Shown here: piece by piece, positions 33,237 to 43,255 of the stretch
Layout: the number at the start of each line of letters is the position of its first letter
How positions within the stretch are numbered: the first letter of the stretch is position 1
Assembly (NCBI RefSeq): GCF_003018255.1
Contig: NZ_CP027440.1
Source: Escherichia coli
GTDB lineage: Bacteria > Pseudomonadota > Gammaproteobacteria > Enterobacterales > Enterobacteriaceae
DNA length: 64,000 nucleotides
Strand: one strand, 5' to 3'
Notes under the pieces: generated by a model
The model's input: the letters and a program-made list of their open reading frames with translations, nothing else
What the model was told of the DNA's origin: nothing
Databases searched by the model: none
Made by a program: the position numbers and the translations under genes

Positions 33237-33452
33237 AAGCGATGTTAAAAACGAAGCGGTGTCGCTGACAAGTGAAGTTGTTTGATTATGATAACTTGAT
33301 TGCAAAATATTATTAACAATTAAAGCAATTATGTTACAGCGAAATGGATAATATTGATGTTTTCGCGGCGAGATCACAGTTTGCAAATTCTTCCCGCCAG
33401 AGTGAATGCGGTTACCTACACTCCAGATTACTGACCACTGGAGGCAGACATT

Positions 33453-34796
33453 ATGGCGAACAGCATCACGGCGGATGAGATTCGGGAACAGTTTTCGCAG
33501 GCAATGTCAGCCATGTACCAGCAAGAAGTTCCGCAGTACGGTACGCTGCTGGAACTGGTAGCTGATGTGAATCTGGCTGTGCTGGAAAACAATCCTCAAC
33601 TGCACGAAAAAATGGTAAATGCAGACGAGCTGGCGCGACTGAATGTTGAACGTCATGGGGCGATTCGTGTTGGGACTGCACAAGAGCTTGCTACTCTTCG
33701 GCGGATGTTTGCCATTATGGGGATGTACCCGGTGAGCTATTACGATCTCTCGCAGGCGGGGGTGCCGGTACATTCCACAGCATTTCGGCCCATTGATGAT
33801 GCTTCTCTGGCGCGTAATCCCTTCCGCGTTTTTACTTCATTACTCCGCCTTGAGCTTATCGAGAACGAAATTTTGCGCCAGAAAGCGGCGGAGATTCTGC
33901 GTCAGCGCGATATCTTCACCCCACGTTGTCGACAACTGTTAGAGGAATATGAGCAGCGGGGCGGTTTTAACGAAACACAGGCACAGGAGTTTGTGCAGGA
34001 AGCCCTGGAAACGTTTCGTTGGCACCAGTCAGCAACGGTAGATGAAGAAACCTATCGCGCCTTGCACAACGAACATCGGTTGATTGCTGATGTGGTCTGT
34101 TTTCCTGGATGCCATATCAACCACCTGACGCCACGCACGCTGGATATTGACCGGGTGCAGTCGATGATGCCTGAATGCGGAATTGAACCCAAAATTCTGA
34201 TCGAAGGGCCGCCGCGCCGCGAGGTACCGATTTTACTACGCCAGACTAGCTTTAAAGCACTGGAAGAGACGGTGTTGTTTGCAGGGCAGAAACAGGGCAC
34301 GCATACCGCGCGCTTTGGTGAAATAGAACAGCGTGGCGTGGCATTAACGCCGAAAGGACGACAACTGTATGATGATCTACTGCGGAACGCTGGAACCGGG
34401 CAGGATAATCTCACTCACCAAATGCATTTACAGGAAACCTTCCGCACTTTTCCTGACAGTGAGTTTTTAATGCGTCAGCAAGGGTTGGCATGGTTCCGGT
34501 ACCGTCTGACGCCTTCAGGTGAGACGCATCGTCAGGCGATTCATCCCGGAGACGATCCACAGCCCTTAATTGAACGTGGTTGGGTAGTGGCGCAACCCAT
34601 TACCTATGAAGATTTCTTGCCTGTTAGCGCGGCGGGGATCTTCCAGTCAAATCTGGGTAATGAAACGCAGGCACGCAGTCACGGTAATGCCAGTCGCGAA
34701 GCATTTGAGCAGGCGTTGGGCTGCCCGGTTTTGGATGAGTTCCAGCTTTATCAGGAAGCGGAAGAACGCAGTAAACGTCGCTGTGGTTTGCTTTAA
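33453..34796 (+). CDS. ydcJ: DUF1338-family protein YdcJ (447 aa)
   Basis: Size and position between ydcI and opgD. Confidence 0.8.
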   Translation: MANSITADEIREQFSQAMSAMYQQEVPQYGTLLELVADVNLAVLENNPQLHEKMVNADELARLNVERHGAIRVGTAQELATLRRMFAIMGMYPVSYYDLSQAGVPVHSTAFRPIDDASLARNPFRVFTSLLRLELIENEILRQKAAEILRQRDIFTPRCRQLLEEYEQRGGFNETQAQEFVQEALETFRWHQSATVDEETYRALHNEHRLIADVVCFPGCHINHLTPRTLDIDRVQSMMPECGIEPKILIEGPPRREVPILLRQTSFKALEETVLFAGQKQGTHTARFGEIEQRGVALTPKGRQLYDDLLRNAGTGQDNLTHQMHLQETFRTFPDSEFLMRQQGLAWFRYRLTPSGETHRQAIHPGDDPQPLIERGWVVAQPITYEDFLPVSAAGIFQSNLGNETQARSHGNASREAFEQALGCPVLDEFQLYQEAEERSKRRCGLL

Positions 34797-35020
34797 ATTC
34801 TGACCATCCGCCTTTGCAAAAATTTGCCTGATTTTACAAACGAATCAGGCTCATCCCATCGACATAAAAAAATTGCCGATTTATGCATATTCTCTCAGTT
34901 CAACAATTGGATTATTAATAAATATTGTCTAGAGTGAGCGGTCATAAATAAGCACTTTCTTGCCGCTGAAAACGATCAGCGCGGGACCATTCACAACACC
35001 AGAAGGACTCACTTTCAGGT

Positions 35021-36676
35021 ATGGATCGTAGACGATTTATTAAAGGTTCAATGGCTATGGCCGCCGTGTGCGGTACCAGCGGCATTGCTTCTCTTTTTTC
35101 TCAGGCGGCATTCGCGGCAGATTCTGATATTGCCGACGGGCAAACCCAACGTTTTGACTTCTCCATTCTACAGTCAATGGCGCACGACTTAGCGCAAACA
35201 GCGTGGCGTGGTGCGCCGCGTCCGTTACCTGACACTCTGGCGACAATGACGCCGCAGGCTTATAACAGTATTCAATACGACGCCGAAAAATCGCTCTGGC
35301 ATAACGTTGAGAACCGTCAACTGGACGCTCAGTTCTTCCATATGGGAATGGGATTCCGTCGCCGCGTTCGTATGTTTTCTGTAGATCCAGCAACACATCT
35401 GGCGCGTGAAATTCACTTTCGCCCGGAGTTGTTCAAATACAACGATGCGGGTGTTGATACCAAACAATTAGAAGGGCAAAGTGATCTCGGTTTTGCCGGT
35501 TTTCGCGTGTTTAAAGCCCCCGAACTGGCGCGCCGTGATGTCGTATCATTCCTCGGCGCGAGTTATTTCCGCGCGGTTGATGATACATATCAATACGGTT
35601 TGTCGGCCCGCGGCCTGGCGATCGACACTTACACCGACAGTAAAGAAGAGTTCCCCGACTTTACTGACTTCTGGTTTGATACGGTAAAACCGGGGGCAAC
35701 CACCTTTACCGTTTATGCGTTGCTCGATAGCGCCAGCATTACTGGTGCCTATAAGTTCACTATCCATTGTGAGAAAAGTCAGGTGATTATGGATGTGGAA
35801 AATCACCTGTATGCGCGCAAAGACATTAAACAGCTGGGCATTGCGCCGATGACCAGCATGTTCAGCTGCGGTACTAATGAACGTCGGATGTGCGACACCA
35901 TTCATCCGCAAATCCATGACTCTGATCGTTTGTCCATGTGGCGGGGCAATGGCGAGTGGATTTGTCGTCCGCTGAATAATCCGCAAAAATTGCAGTTCAA
36001 TGCTTACACCGACAACAACCCGAAAGGGTTTGGTTTATTGCAACTGGATCGTGATTTCTCCCATTATCAGGACATTATGGGCTGGTATAACAAACGCCCA
36101 AGTCTGTGGGTGGAGCCGCGTAACAAGTGGGGTAAGGGCACCATCGGCCTGATGGAAATCCCAACAACGGGCGAAACGCTGGATAACATTGTCTGCTTCT
36201 GGCAGCCAGAAAAAGCGGTAAAAGCGGGTGATGAGTTTGCATTCCAGTATCGTCTGTACTGGAGTGCGCAACCGCCTGTTCATTGCCCATTAGCGCGCGT
36301 TATGGCGACGCGTACCGGCATGGGCGGTTTCCCGGAAGGTTGGGCGCCAGGTGAACACTATCCCGAAAAATGGGCGCGACGTTTTGCCGTCGATTTCGTT
36401 GGTGGTGATCTGAAAGCTGCCGCGCCAAAAGGCATTGAGCCGGTGATTACGCTTTCCAGTGGGGAAGCGAAACAAATCGAAATTCTCTATATTGAACCCA
36501 TTGATGGTTATCGTATTCAGTTTGACTGGTATCCGACTTCGGACTCCACTGATCCGGTCGATATGCGGATGTATCTGCGTTGTCAGGGCGACGCTATCAG
36601 TGAAACATGGCTGTATCAGTATTTCCCGCCAGCGCCGGATAAACGTCAGTATGTTGATGACCGCGTGATGAGTTAA
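35021..36676 (+). CDS. opgD: Osmoregulated periplasmic glucan biosynthesis protein D, Tat-exported (551 aa)
   Basis: Twin-arginine signal [18 protein letters not shown]...; 551 aa. Confidence 0.9.
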   Translation: MDRRRFIKGSMAMAAVCGTSGIASLFSQAAFAADSDIADGQTQRFDFSILQSMAHDLAQTAWRGAPRPLPDTLATMTPQAYNSIQYDAEKSLWHNVENRQLDAQFFHMGMGFRRRVRMFSVDPATHLAREIHFRPELFKYNDAGVDTKQLEGQSDLGFAGFRVFKAPELARRDVVSFLGASYFRAVDDTYQYGLSARGLAIDTYTDSKEEFPDFTDFWFDTVKPGATTFTVYALLDSASITGAYKFTIHCEKSQVIMDVENHLYARKDIKQLGIAPMTSMFSCGTNERRMCDTIHPQIHDSDRLSMWRGNGEWICRPLNNPQKLQFNAYTDNNPKGFGLLQLDRDFSHYQDIMGWYNKRPSLWVEPRNKWGKGTIGLMEIPTTGETLDNIVCFWQPEKAVKAGDEFAFQYRLYWSAQPPVHCPLARVMATRTGMGGFPEGWAPGEHYPEKWARRFAVDFVGGDLKAAAPKGIEPVITLSSGEAKQIEILYIEPIDGYRIQFDWYPTSDSTDPVDMRMYLRCQGDAISETWLYQYFPPAPDKRQYVDDRVMS

Positions 36677-36815
36677 TCGTTTTTTCTTCGGCATCTTCTT
36701 CGGGAGGTGCCGTCTGGTTAAACACGATCCCGCTCGCATTTTTCCCTAAGTTAAATGAGTAATCTGATGGTGTGTATTTCAGATACACCTTGTCAGCCAC
36801 TAACAGGGAGTGCGT

Positions 36816-37040
36816 ATGTTTCCAGAATACCGAGATTTAATATCCCGTCTGAAAAACGAAAATCCTCGCTTTATGTCCTTGTTCGATAAACACAATAAAC
36901 TTGATCATGAAATTGCCAGAAAGGAAGGTTCCGACGGTCGAGGGTACAATGCGGAAGTGGTCCGCATGAAAAAACAAAAGCTACAGTTAAAAGATGAGAT
37001 GCTCAAAATCCTGCAGCAGGTGAGCGTCAAAGAGGTGTAA
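36816..37040 (+). CDS. ydcH: DUF465-family small protein YdcH (74 aa)
   Basis: MFPEYRDLISRLKNENPRF...; RBS AGGGAG upstream of the ATG. Confidence 0.8.
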   Translation: MFPEYRDLISRLKNENPRFMSLFDKHNKLDHEIARKEGSDGRGYNAEVVRMKKQKLQLKDEMLKILQQVSVKEV

Positions 37041-37048
37041 ACTTTCCT

Positions 37049-37074
37049 AAGCCGCCAGCCAGGCGGCTTTTTTA
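37049..37074 (+). terminator. Rho-independent terminator after ydcH
   Basis: Hairpin AGCCGCC-AGCCA-GGCGGCT followed by TTTTTT. Confidence 0.6.
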
Positions 37075-37102
37075 ACAACTGCATGGATTGACTGGAGATA
37101 AG

Positions 37103-37642
37103 ATGACTGAAACGATAAAAGTAAGTGAATCACTTGAATTACATGCTGTTGCAGAAAGTCATGTCACACCTCTTTATCAGTTAATCTGTAAAAATAGAAC
37201 CTGGTTACAGCAGTCGCTAAACTGGCCGCAGTTTGTTCAAAGTGAAGAGGACACGCGAAAAACGGTGCAGGGTAATGTGATGTTGCATCAACGCGGCTAT
37301 GCCAAAATGTTCATGATTTTCAAAGAAGATGAACTTATCGGCGTTATCTCGTTTAATCGTATTGAACCACTGAATAAAACCGCTGAAATCGGCTACTGGC
37401 TGGACGAATCTCATCAGGGGCAGGGGATCATTTCTCAGGCGCTGCAGGCATTGATTCATCATTACGCTCAGTCTGGTGAACTTAGACGCTTCGTGATCAA
37501 ATGTCGGGTGGACAATGCGCAAAGCAACCAGGTCGCTTTGCGCAATGGTTTTATCCTTGAAGGTTGTCTGAAACAGGCTGAGTTCCTGAATGATGCCTAT
37601 GATGATGTGAACTTATACGCGCGTATTATCGATTCACAATAA
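37103..37642 (+). CDS. rimL: Ribosomal protein L7/L12 serine N-acetyltransferase (179 aa)
   Basis: [20 protein letters not shown]...; GNAT-fold sequence. Confidence 0.88.
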   Translation: MTETIKVSESLELHAVAESHVTPLYQLICKNRTWLQQSLNWPQFVQSEEDTRKTVQGNVMLHQRGYAKMFMIFKEDELIGVISFNRIEPLNKTAEIGYWLDESHQGQGIISQALQALIHHYAQSGELRRFVIKCRVDNAQSNQVALRNGFILEGCLKQAEFLNDAYDDVNLYARIIDSQ

Positions 37643-38614
37643 CCCTGCCAGCGGCGTTCGCGTAATGCGCTCCTCGCCGTTAATGACTTTTGGACCACGG
37701 ACATGAACCGTGTCGCCATCAAAGGCTTCAACGACGGCGTGGTCGGTTAACTCCACATGTTTTTCAATTATCACCGCACCTGTAATACGGCTCTCACCTT
37801 GTATTACAACGTGCTCGTCGAGCAGAATCGGTCCGCCACGTACCACGGCATTTCCGCCAATCAAGACATGATGTTTTAACACACAATTACCTTCCACAAT
37901 GGCATATTCCGCCACCTGCGAACTGTAATGAATCGTCGGAATGGCATCTTCTTCTATGCCAGCTTTCACCTGCGCGTGACCGTAGACTTTAGCACAATCG
38001 CATAGCCAGACGTTGTTCTCTTCATTACCTTCAACGCTGGCAAAATCAAAAACTTCGGCGCGATGTTCAATAAAAGCATACCGGACGACGGCATCGCCAT
38101 AAATTTGTGCCTGGTGAACAATACGCGAGGCGCTAACCCTTGCGCGATCATAAATTTGTAGCAGGAGTTGATGGTCGGGCGTTAAGCCTTGTGCGGCGAC
38201 GATCATAGAATGTTGATCAATTAAGGCGTGACCAAATATTCTACATTGCCCGCAAACTAATGAGTCACGAATGGTGACACTGTCACTTATATATGCACCC
38301 TGACTGATTTCACTATTATCGATCCAGACGTTATCCGTTGCGTAAACCTCTCCCCACAGTACGCTGGTGCCGGTGATGCGCGTATTACCGGAAATCACCG
38401 CTCCGCCGAACGCAATAGCATTCTGGTCGTAAATCCAGCAATTTCCTTCCTGTGCTAACACCGTTTCGCAATCGATCCAGCCGCCAGCGGTTCCTGCTAT
38501 CACATCGTTAAAATCGCTCATGGCGATAATCTGCCGTAATAACACACTTTTTTTAGTGCCATCATCCTGATAACTAAAGGCTCGCTGTTCTTCACTTAGA
38601 CGATATTTGCGCAT
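37634..38614 (-). CDS. ydcK: Hexapeptide-repeat (left-handed beta-helix) protein YdcK (326 aa)
   Basis: Repetitive beta-helix sequence; convergent with rimL as in K-12. Confidence 0.8.
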   Translation of the reverse strand: MRKYRLSEEQRAFSYQDDGTKKSVLLRQIIAMSDFNDVIAGTAGGWIDCETVLAQEGNCWIYDQNAIAFGGAVISGNTRITGTSVLWGEVYATDNVWIDNSEISQGAYISDSVTIRDSLVCGQCRIFGHALIDQHSMIVAAQGLTPDHQLLLQIYDRARVSASRIVHQAQIYGDAVVRYAFIEHRAEVFDFASVEGNEENNVWLCDCAKVYGHAQVKAGIEEDAIPTIHYSSQVAEYAIVEGNCVLKHHVLIGGNAVVRGGPILLDEHVVIQGESRITGAVIIEKHVELTDHAVVEAFDGDTVHVRGPKVINGEERITRTPLAGLL

Positions 38615-38737
38615 AGCGTTTTCCCACAGGTGACTTACTATAACCGTAGCAAATTCTGCGGCTCTGGCTATGCTCGAGAAAATTCCATAAAATGCATTTC
38701 AAATATACTTTATAAATTAAACAAAATGAGTAAGAAG

Positions 38738-39730
38738 ATGCAGAGCGATAAAGTGCTCAATTTGCCGGCAGGCTACTTTGGTATTGTGTTGGGGACGATA
38801 GGGATGGGATTTGCCTGGCGCTATGCCAGCCAGGTTTGGCAGGTCAGCCACTGGTTAGGGGATGGGCTGGTGATTCTGGCGATGATCATCTGGGGATTAT
38901 TAACTAGCGCATTTATTACCCGACTCATACGCTTTCCGCATAGCGTGCTGGCGGAAGTGCGCCATCCAGTGCTGAGCAGTTTTGTGAGTTTGTTTCCGGC
39001 AACGACGATGCTGGTGGCGATTGGTTTTGTTCCGTGGTTTCGCCCACTGGCGGTGTGCCTGTTCAGTTTTGGCGTCGTGGTTCAGTTGGCTTATGCCGCC
39101 TGGCAAACTGCGGGATTATGGCGCGGATCTCACCCTGAAGAAGCTACCACGCCTGGACTGTATCTGCCGACAGTTGCCAACAACTTTATCAGCGCAATGG
39201 CCTGTGGTGCGTTGGGCTACACCGACGCCGGTCTGGTGTTTTTAGGCGCAGGCGTTTTCTCATGGCTAAGCCTTGAACCTGTGATCTTGCAGCGTCTGCG
39301 CAGTTCGGGAGAATTACCCACGGCGCTGCGGACATCACTCGGCATTCAGCTCGCTCCTGCGCTGGTGGCCTGTAGTGCCTGGCTGAGCGTCAACGGCGGC
39401 GAGGGTGACACGCTGGCGAAAATGCTTTTCGGTTATGGACTGCTGCAACTGCTGTTTATGCTACGTCTGATGCCATGGTATCTCTCCCAGCCATTTAATG
39501 CTTCATTCTGGAGTTTCTCGTTCGGCGTATCTGCACTGGCAACCACCGGTTTGCATCTGGGGAGTGGCAGCGATAATGGATTTTTCCATACGCTGGCGGT
39601 GCCGCTGTTTATCTTTACCAATTTTATTATTGCAATACTGCTCATCCGTACTTTTGCGCTTCTGATGCAGGGAAAATTGTTAATCAGAACCGAGCGCGCC
39701 GTTTTAATGAAAGCAGAGGACAAAGAATGA
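38738..39730 (+). CDS. tehA: Tellurite-resistance / dicarboxylate transporter TehA (330 aa)
   Basis: From internal Met: [30 protein letters not shown]..., polytopic membrane protein. Confidence 0.9.
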   Translation: MQSDKVLNLPAGYFGIVLGTIGMGFAWRYASQVWQVSHWLGDGLVILAMIIWGLLTSAFITRLIRFPHSVLAEVRHPVLSSFVSLFPATTMLVAIGFVPWFRPLAVCLFSFGVVVQLAYAAWQTAGLWRGSHPEEATTPGLYLPTVANNFISAMACGALGYTDAGLVFLGAGVFSWLSLEPVILQRLRSSGELPTALRTSLGIQLAPALVACSAWLSVNGGEGDTLAKMLFGYGLLQLLFMLRLMPWYLSQPFNASFWSFSFGVSALATTGLHLGSGSDNGFFHTLAVPLFIFTNFIIAILLIRTFALLMQGKLLIRTERAVLMKAEDKE

Positions 39731-40320
39731 TCATTCGTGACGAAAACTATTTTACTGATAAATATGAATTAACTCGCACACACTCTGAAGTGCTGGAAGC
39801 GGTGAAAGTGGTTAAACCGGGTAAAACGCTGGATCTGGGCTGTGGCAATGGTCGTAACAGTCTTTACCTGGCAGCCAATGGTTATGATGTTGACGCATGG
39901 GATAAAAATGCCATGAGTATCGCCAACGTCGAGCGGATTAAATCCATTGAAAATCTGGAGAATTTACACACCCGGGTCGTTGATCTGAATAACCTCACAT
40001 TTGATGGACAGTATGATTTTATTCTTTCGACTGTGGTGCTGATGTTCCTTGAGGCTAAAACCATCCCAGGGCTGATTGCCAATATGCAACGTTGCACTAA
40101 ACCTGGCGGTTACAACCTGATTGTGGCGGCGATGGATACCGCTGATTATCCATGTACCGTCGGCTTCCCGTTTGCCTTCAAAGAGGGGGAATTACGTCGA
40201 TATTACGAAGGCTGGGAGATGGTGAAATACAATGAAGACGTCGGCGAGCTGCACCGCACCGACGCCAACGGTAATCGTATTAAACTGCGTTTCGCCACGA
40301 TGCTGGCACGTAAAAAATGA
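39727..40320 (+). CDS. tehB: Tellurite methyltransferase TehB (197 aa)
   Basis: SAM-binding motif [15 protein letters not shown]; start overlaps the tehA stop. Confidence 0.9.
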   Translation: MIIRDENYFTDKYELTRTHSEVLEAVKVVKPGKTLDLGCGNGRNSLYLAANGYDVDAWDKNAMSIANVERIKSIENLENLHTRVVDLNNLTFDGQYDFILSTVVLMFLEAKTIPGLIANMQRCTKPGGYNLIVAAMDTADYPCTVGFPFAFKEGELRRYYEGWEMVKYNEDVGELHRTDANGNRIKLRFATMLARKK

Positions 40321-40482
40321 CCCGCTAGGAACAAGGCGCGTGAAAATTCCCCACGCTGAGATGGTTTACTGTTCTTCTTTTCGGTAAGCATATTTTTTAT
40401 CGAATGGATGTGAAATTAATCACAGTAGTCGAAATTTTTTAGCAGCTTAACTTACTGAAATTTAACTACTGATGATTGACTT

Positions 40483-40580
40483 AGCCCCTTTTTCGGCAGC
40501 CCCTTTTTCGGCATTGACTATGTCTTTTTCGGCATTGACTATGTCTTTTTCGGCATTGACTATGTCGTCTGAAAAGGGGC
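40483..40580. repeat. Structured tandem-repeat array: 2 x 15 bp (AGCCCCTTTTTCGGC) then 2.5 x 21 bp (ATTGACTATGTCTTTTTCGGC), closed by an inverted copy AAAAGGGGCT
   Basis: Repeats read and counted directly in the tehB-ydcL intergenic region. Confidence 0.85.
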
Positions 40581-40679
40581 TAAAAAATTTATTTTCACCA
40601 ACACTTTTTTTGCCACAACACGAAGCGGCGCTTTTTGCTATAACTTAGAAAGTAATATAATCATCTCAGGAAACTATTC

Positions 40680-41348
40680 ATGCGTACCACATCAATTGCG
40701 AAAGTTGCAGCTTTATGCGGCTTGTTGGCTCTGTCTGGTTGTGCCTCTAAAATCACCCAGCCAGATAAATATTCTGGTTTTTTAAACAATTACTCTGATT
40801 TAAAAGAAACAACCTCAGCAACAGGTAAACCTGTTTTACGTTGGGTAGACCCGAGTTTTGATCAAAGCAAATATGACAGCATCGTCTGGAACCCAGTCAC
40901 TTATTATCCGGTACCGAAACCATCTACCCAGGTAGGGCAGAAAGTTCTGGATAAAATTTTGAGTTATACCAACACCGAAATGAAAGAAGCGATTGCGCAG
41001 CGTAAACCACTGGTTACCACCGCTGGGCCGCGTAGTCTGATTTTCCGTGGGGCCATTACCGGTGTAGATACCAGCAAAGAAGGGCTGCAATTCTATGAAG
41101 TGGTTCCTGTTGCATTAGTGGTTGCGGGGACGCAAATGGCGACGGGCCACCGTACCATGGATACTCGCCTGTATTTTGAAGGTGAGCTGATTGATGCAGC
41201 GACTAATAAACCGGTTATCAAAGTCGTTCGTCAGGGCGAAGGTAAAGACCTGAATAACGAAAGTACGCCAATGGCTTTCGAAAATATTAAACAAGTTATT
41301 GATGACATGGCGACCGATGCCACCATGTTTGACGTTAACAAAAAGTAA
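40680..41348 (+). CDS. ydcL: Lipoprotein YdcL (222 aa)
   Basis: Lipobox LALSGCASK after a signal peptide. Confidence 0.85.
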   Translation: MRTTSIAKVAALCGLLALSGCASKITQPDKYSGFLNNYSDLKETTSATGKPVLRWVDPSFDQSKYDSIVWNPVTYYPVPKPSTQVGQKVLDKILSYTNTEMKEAIAQRKPLVTTAGPRSLIFRGAITGVDTSKEGLQFYEVVPVALVVAGTQMATGHRTMDTRLYFEGELIDAATNKPVIKVVRQGEGKDLNNESTPMAFENIKQVIDDMATDATMFDVNKK

Positions 41349-41382
41349 TACCAGTTGCGCCATCGTTAGATGGCGCTTTTTA

Positions 41383-42558
41383 TTATCGGTTTCTGTTAGC
41401 GATTAAATTCAACACCACGTAACAAACGCCTCCGGCAATTAATCCCCAGAACGCAGAACCAATCCCGACCAGCGTCAATCCACTTGCCGTTACCAGAAAT
41501 GCCACCACCGCCGCGTCGCGCTCACGCTCATTATGCAGCGCCTGATACAAACTGCCGCCAATGGTACTCAACAGCGCAAGACCTGCCAGCATCTGGATCC
41601 AACTTACGGGCAGGGCAGCCATCATCCCGGTAATGGCACTACCAAACAGACCTGCGATCAAATAAAAAATGCCGGCAACGGCAGCGGCCAGCCAACGTTG
41701 ATCTTTATCCGGATGCGCTTCCGGGCTTTGGCAAATAGCCGCGGTGATTGCCGCAATACCGACGGAATAAACGCCGAAAGGGGAAAAAAACAGTGCCAGC
41801 AATCCAGTAAACACAATTAATGGCGAAACAGGAGCCGAATATCCAGCTGCTTTCATTGCTGCGATACCCGGTGCGTTTTGCGATGCCATCGTCACCAGAA
41901 AAAGGGGGAGTGCAACGCTCAGGCTGTGAGCAAACGAAAAATCAGGGCTAATATAAGTGGGGAGAACGGGTTTAAAGACAACATCAGTTGTGACAACGTC
42001 ACCTTGCGCGATAACGATCACGACCCCAATAATCATCGCGGCAATTACCGCATAGCGCGGTGCAACGGCCTTGGTTGCCAGCCATACCAGCAACATACTG
42101 CCACACAACGTAAATTGATCATCCAGACTGGCAAACGCCTGTAAACCAAAGCGTAATAAAATCCCGGCAAGCATTGCCGCCGCAAGCGAGTGCGGAATAA
42201 TGCGCATCAGACGAGCAAAGAGTCCCGTTATGCCGCAGAGGACTATTAACGCGTTGGTGACAATAAAAACGCCGATGGCTTCGTTAAGTGTTAGTCCCTG
42301 TAATCCGGTGACCAACAAAGCCGCGCCAGGCGTTGACCATGCGGTGAGAACAGGTACGCGATACCATAATGTCAGAGCCAGCGTACTGACGCCCATTGCC
42401 AGCCCCAGCGCCGTCATCCAGCCAGAGATTTGTGCAGTGGTGGCTCCGGCGACAATCGCTGCTTGCCAGATTATTGCCGCTGAACTGGCGTAGCCAATTA
42501 ATACCGCCAGAAACCCCGCCAGTAGCGTGGGTGGAGGAATAGAAAACAGACGCATGGT
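41383..42558 (-). CDS. ydcO: BenE-family inner membrane transporter (391 aa)
   Basis: From internal Met: MRLFSIPPPTLLAGFLAVLIGYASSAAII..., polytopic. Confidence 0.85.
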   Translation of the reverse strand, partial: TMRLFSIPPPTLLAGFLAVLIGYASSAAIIWQAAIVAGATTAQISGWMTALGLAMGVSTLALTLWYRVPVLTAWSTPGAALLVTGLQGLTLNEAIGVFIVTNALIVLCGITGLFARLMRIIPHSLAAAMLAGILLRFGLQAFASLDDQFTLCGSMLLVWLATKAVAPRYAVIAAMIIGVVIVIAQGDVVTTDVVFKPVLPTYISPDFSFAHSLSVALPLFLVTMASQNAPGIAAMKAAGYSAPVSPLIVFTGLLALFFSPFGVYSVGIAAITAAICQSPEAHPDKDQRWLAAAVAGIFYLIAGLFGSAITGMMAALPVSWIQMLAGLALLSTIGGSLYQALHNERERDAAVVAFLVTASGLTLVGIGSAFWGLIAGGVCYVVLNLIANRNR

Positions 42559-42646
42559 CACCTCGTGCGTTATAGCATACAGGTACCGTAGCATTTGTCC
42601 GTTATAACGCACAAGTGATAAACTTCCGTTTTGCCGGAGGAGTCGC

Positions 42647-43183
42647 ATGGAAAATCTCACTCGCTTTTTATCCACCACACTTAAACAACTACGTCAGCAG
42701 CGCGGCTGGAGTCTTTCGCGACTGGCAGAAGCGACGGGCGTTTCTAAAGCGATGTTAGGGCAGATTGAGCGTAATGAGTCCAGCCCGACGGTCGCGACAT
42801 TATGGAAAATTGCCACCGGGTTGAATGTGCCATTTTCGACATTTATTTCTCCGCCGCAGTCCGCTACGCCTTCAGTTTATGATCCGCAACAGCAGGTGAT
42901 GGTGATCACTTCGCTGTTTCCTTATGATCCACAACTCTGCTTTGAACACTTCTCGATTCAGATGGCACCTGGTGCAATAAGTGAATCGACGCCCCATGAG
43001 AAGGGAGTAATCGAACATGTTGTCGTCATTGATGGGCAACTTGATCTGTGCGTTGATGGTGAATGGCAGAGCCTTAATTGTGGAGAAGGCGCTCGATTTG
43101 CTGCAGACGTTACGCATGTCTATCGTAATGGTGGGGAGCAAATCGTACATTTTCATTCCCTCATCCATTACCCACGCAGTTAA
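42647..43183 (+). CDS. ydcN: XRE-family HTH regulator with C-terminal cupin domain (178 aa)
   Basis: HTH LSRLAEATGVSKAMLGQIERNESSPTVATLWKIA; divergent from ydcO. Confidence 0.85.
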   Translation: MENLTRFLSTTLKQLRQQRGWSLSRLAEATGVSKAMLGQIERNESSPTVATLWKIATGLNVPFSTFISPPQSATPSVYDPQQQVMVITSLFPYDPQLCFEHFSIQMAPGAISESTPHEKGVIEHVVVIDGQLDLCVDGEWQSLNCGEGARFAADVTHVYRNGGEQIVHFHSLIHYPRS

Positions 43184-43255
43184 GCGGGAAAACTATTTCG
43201 CAACGTCGCGCTTGTGGCTAAAATAGCCGCCATTTTTCAGCTACTGGATAAGAAT

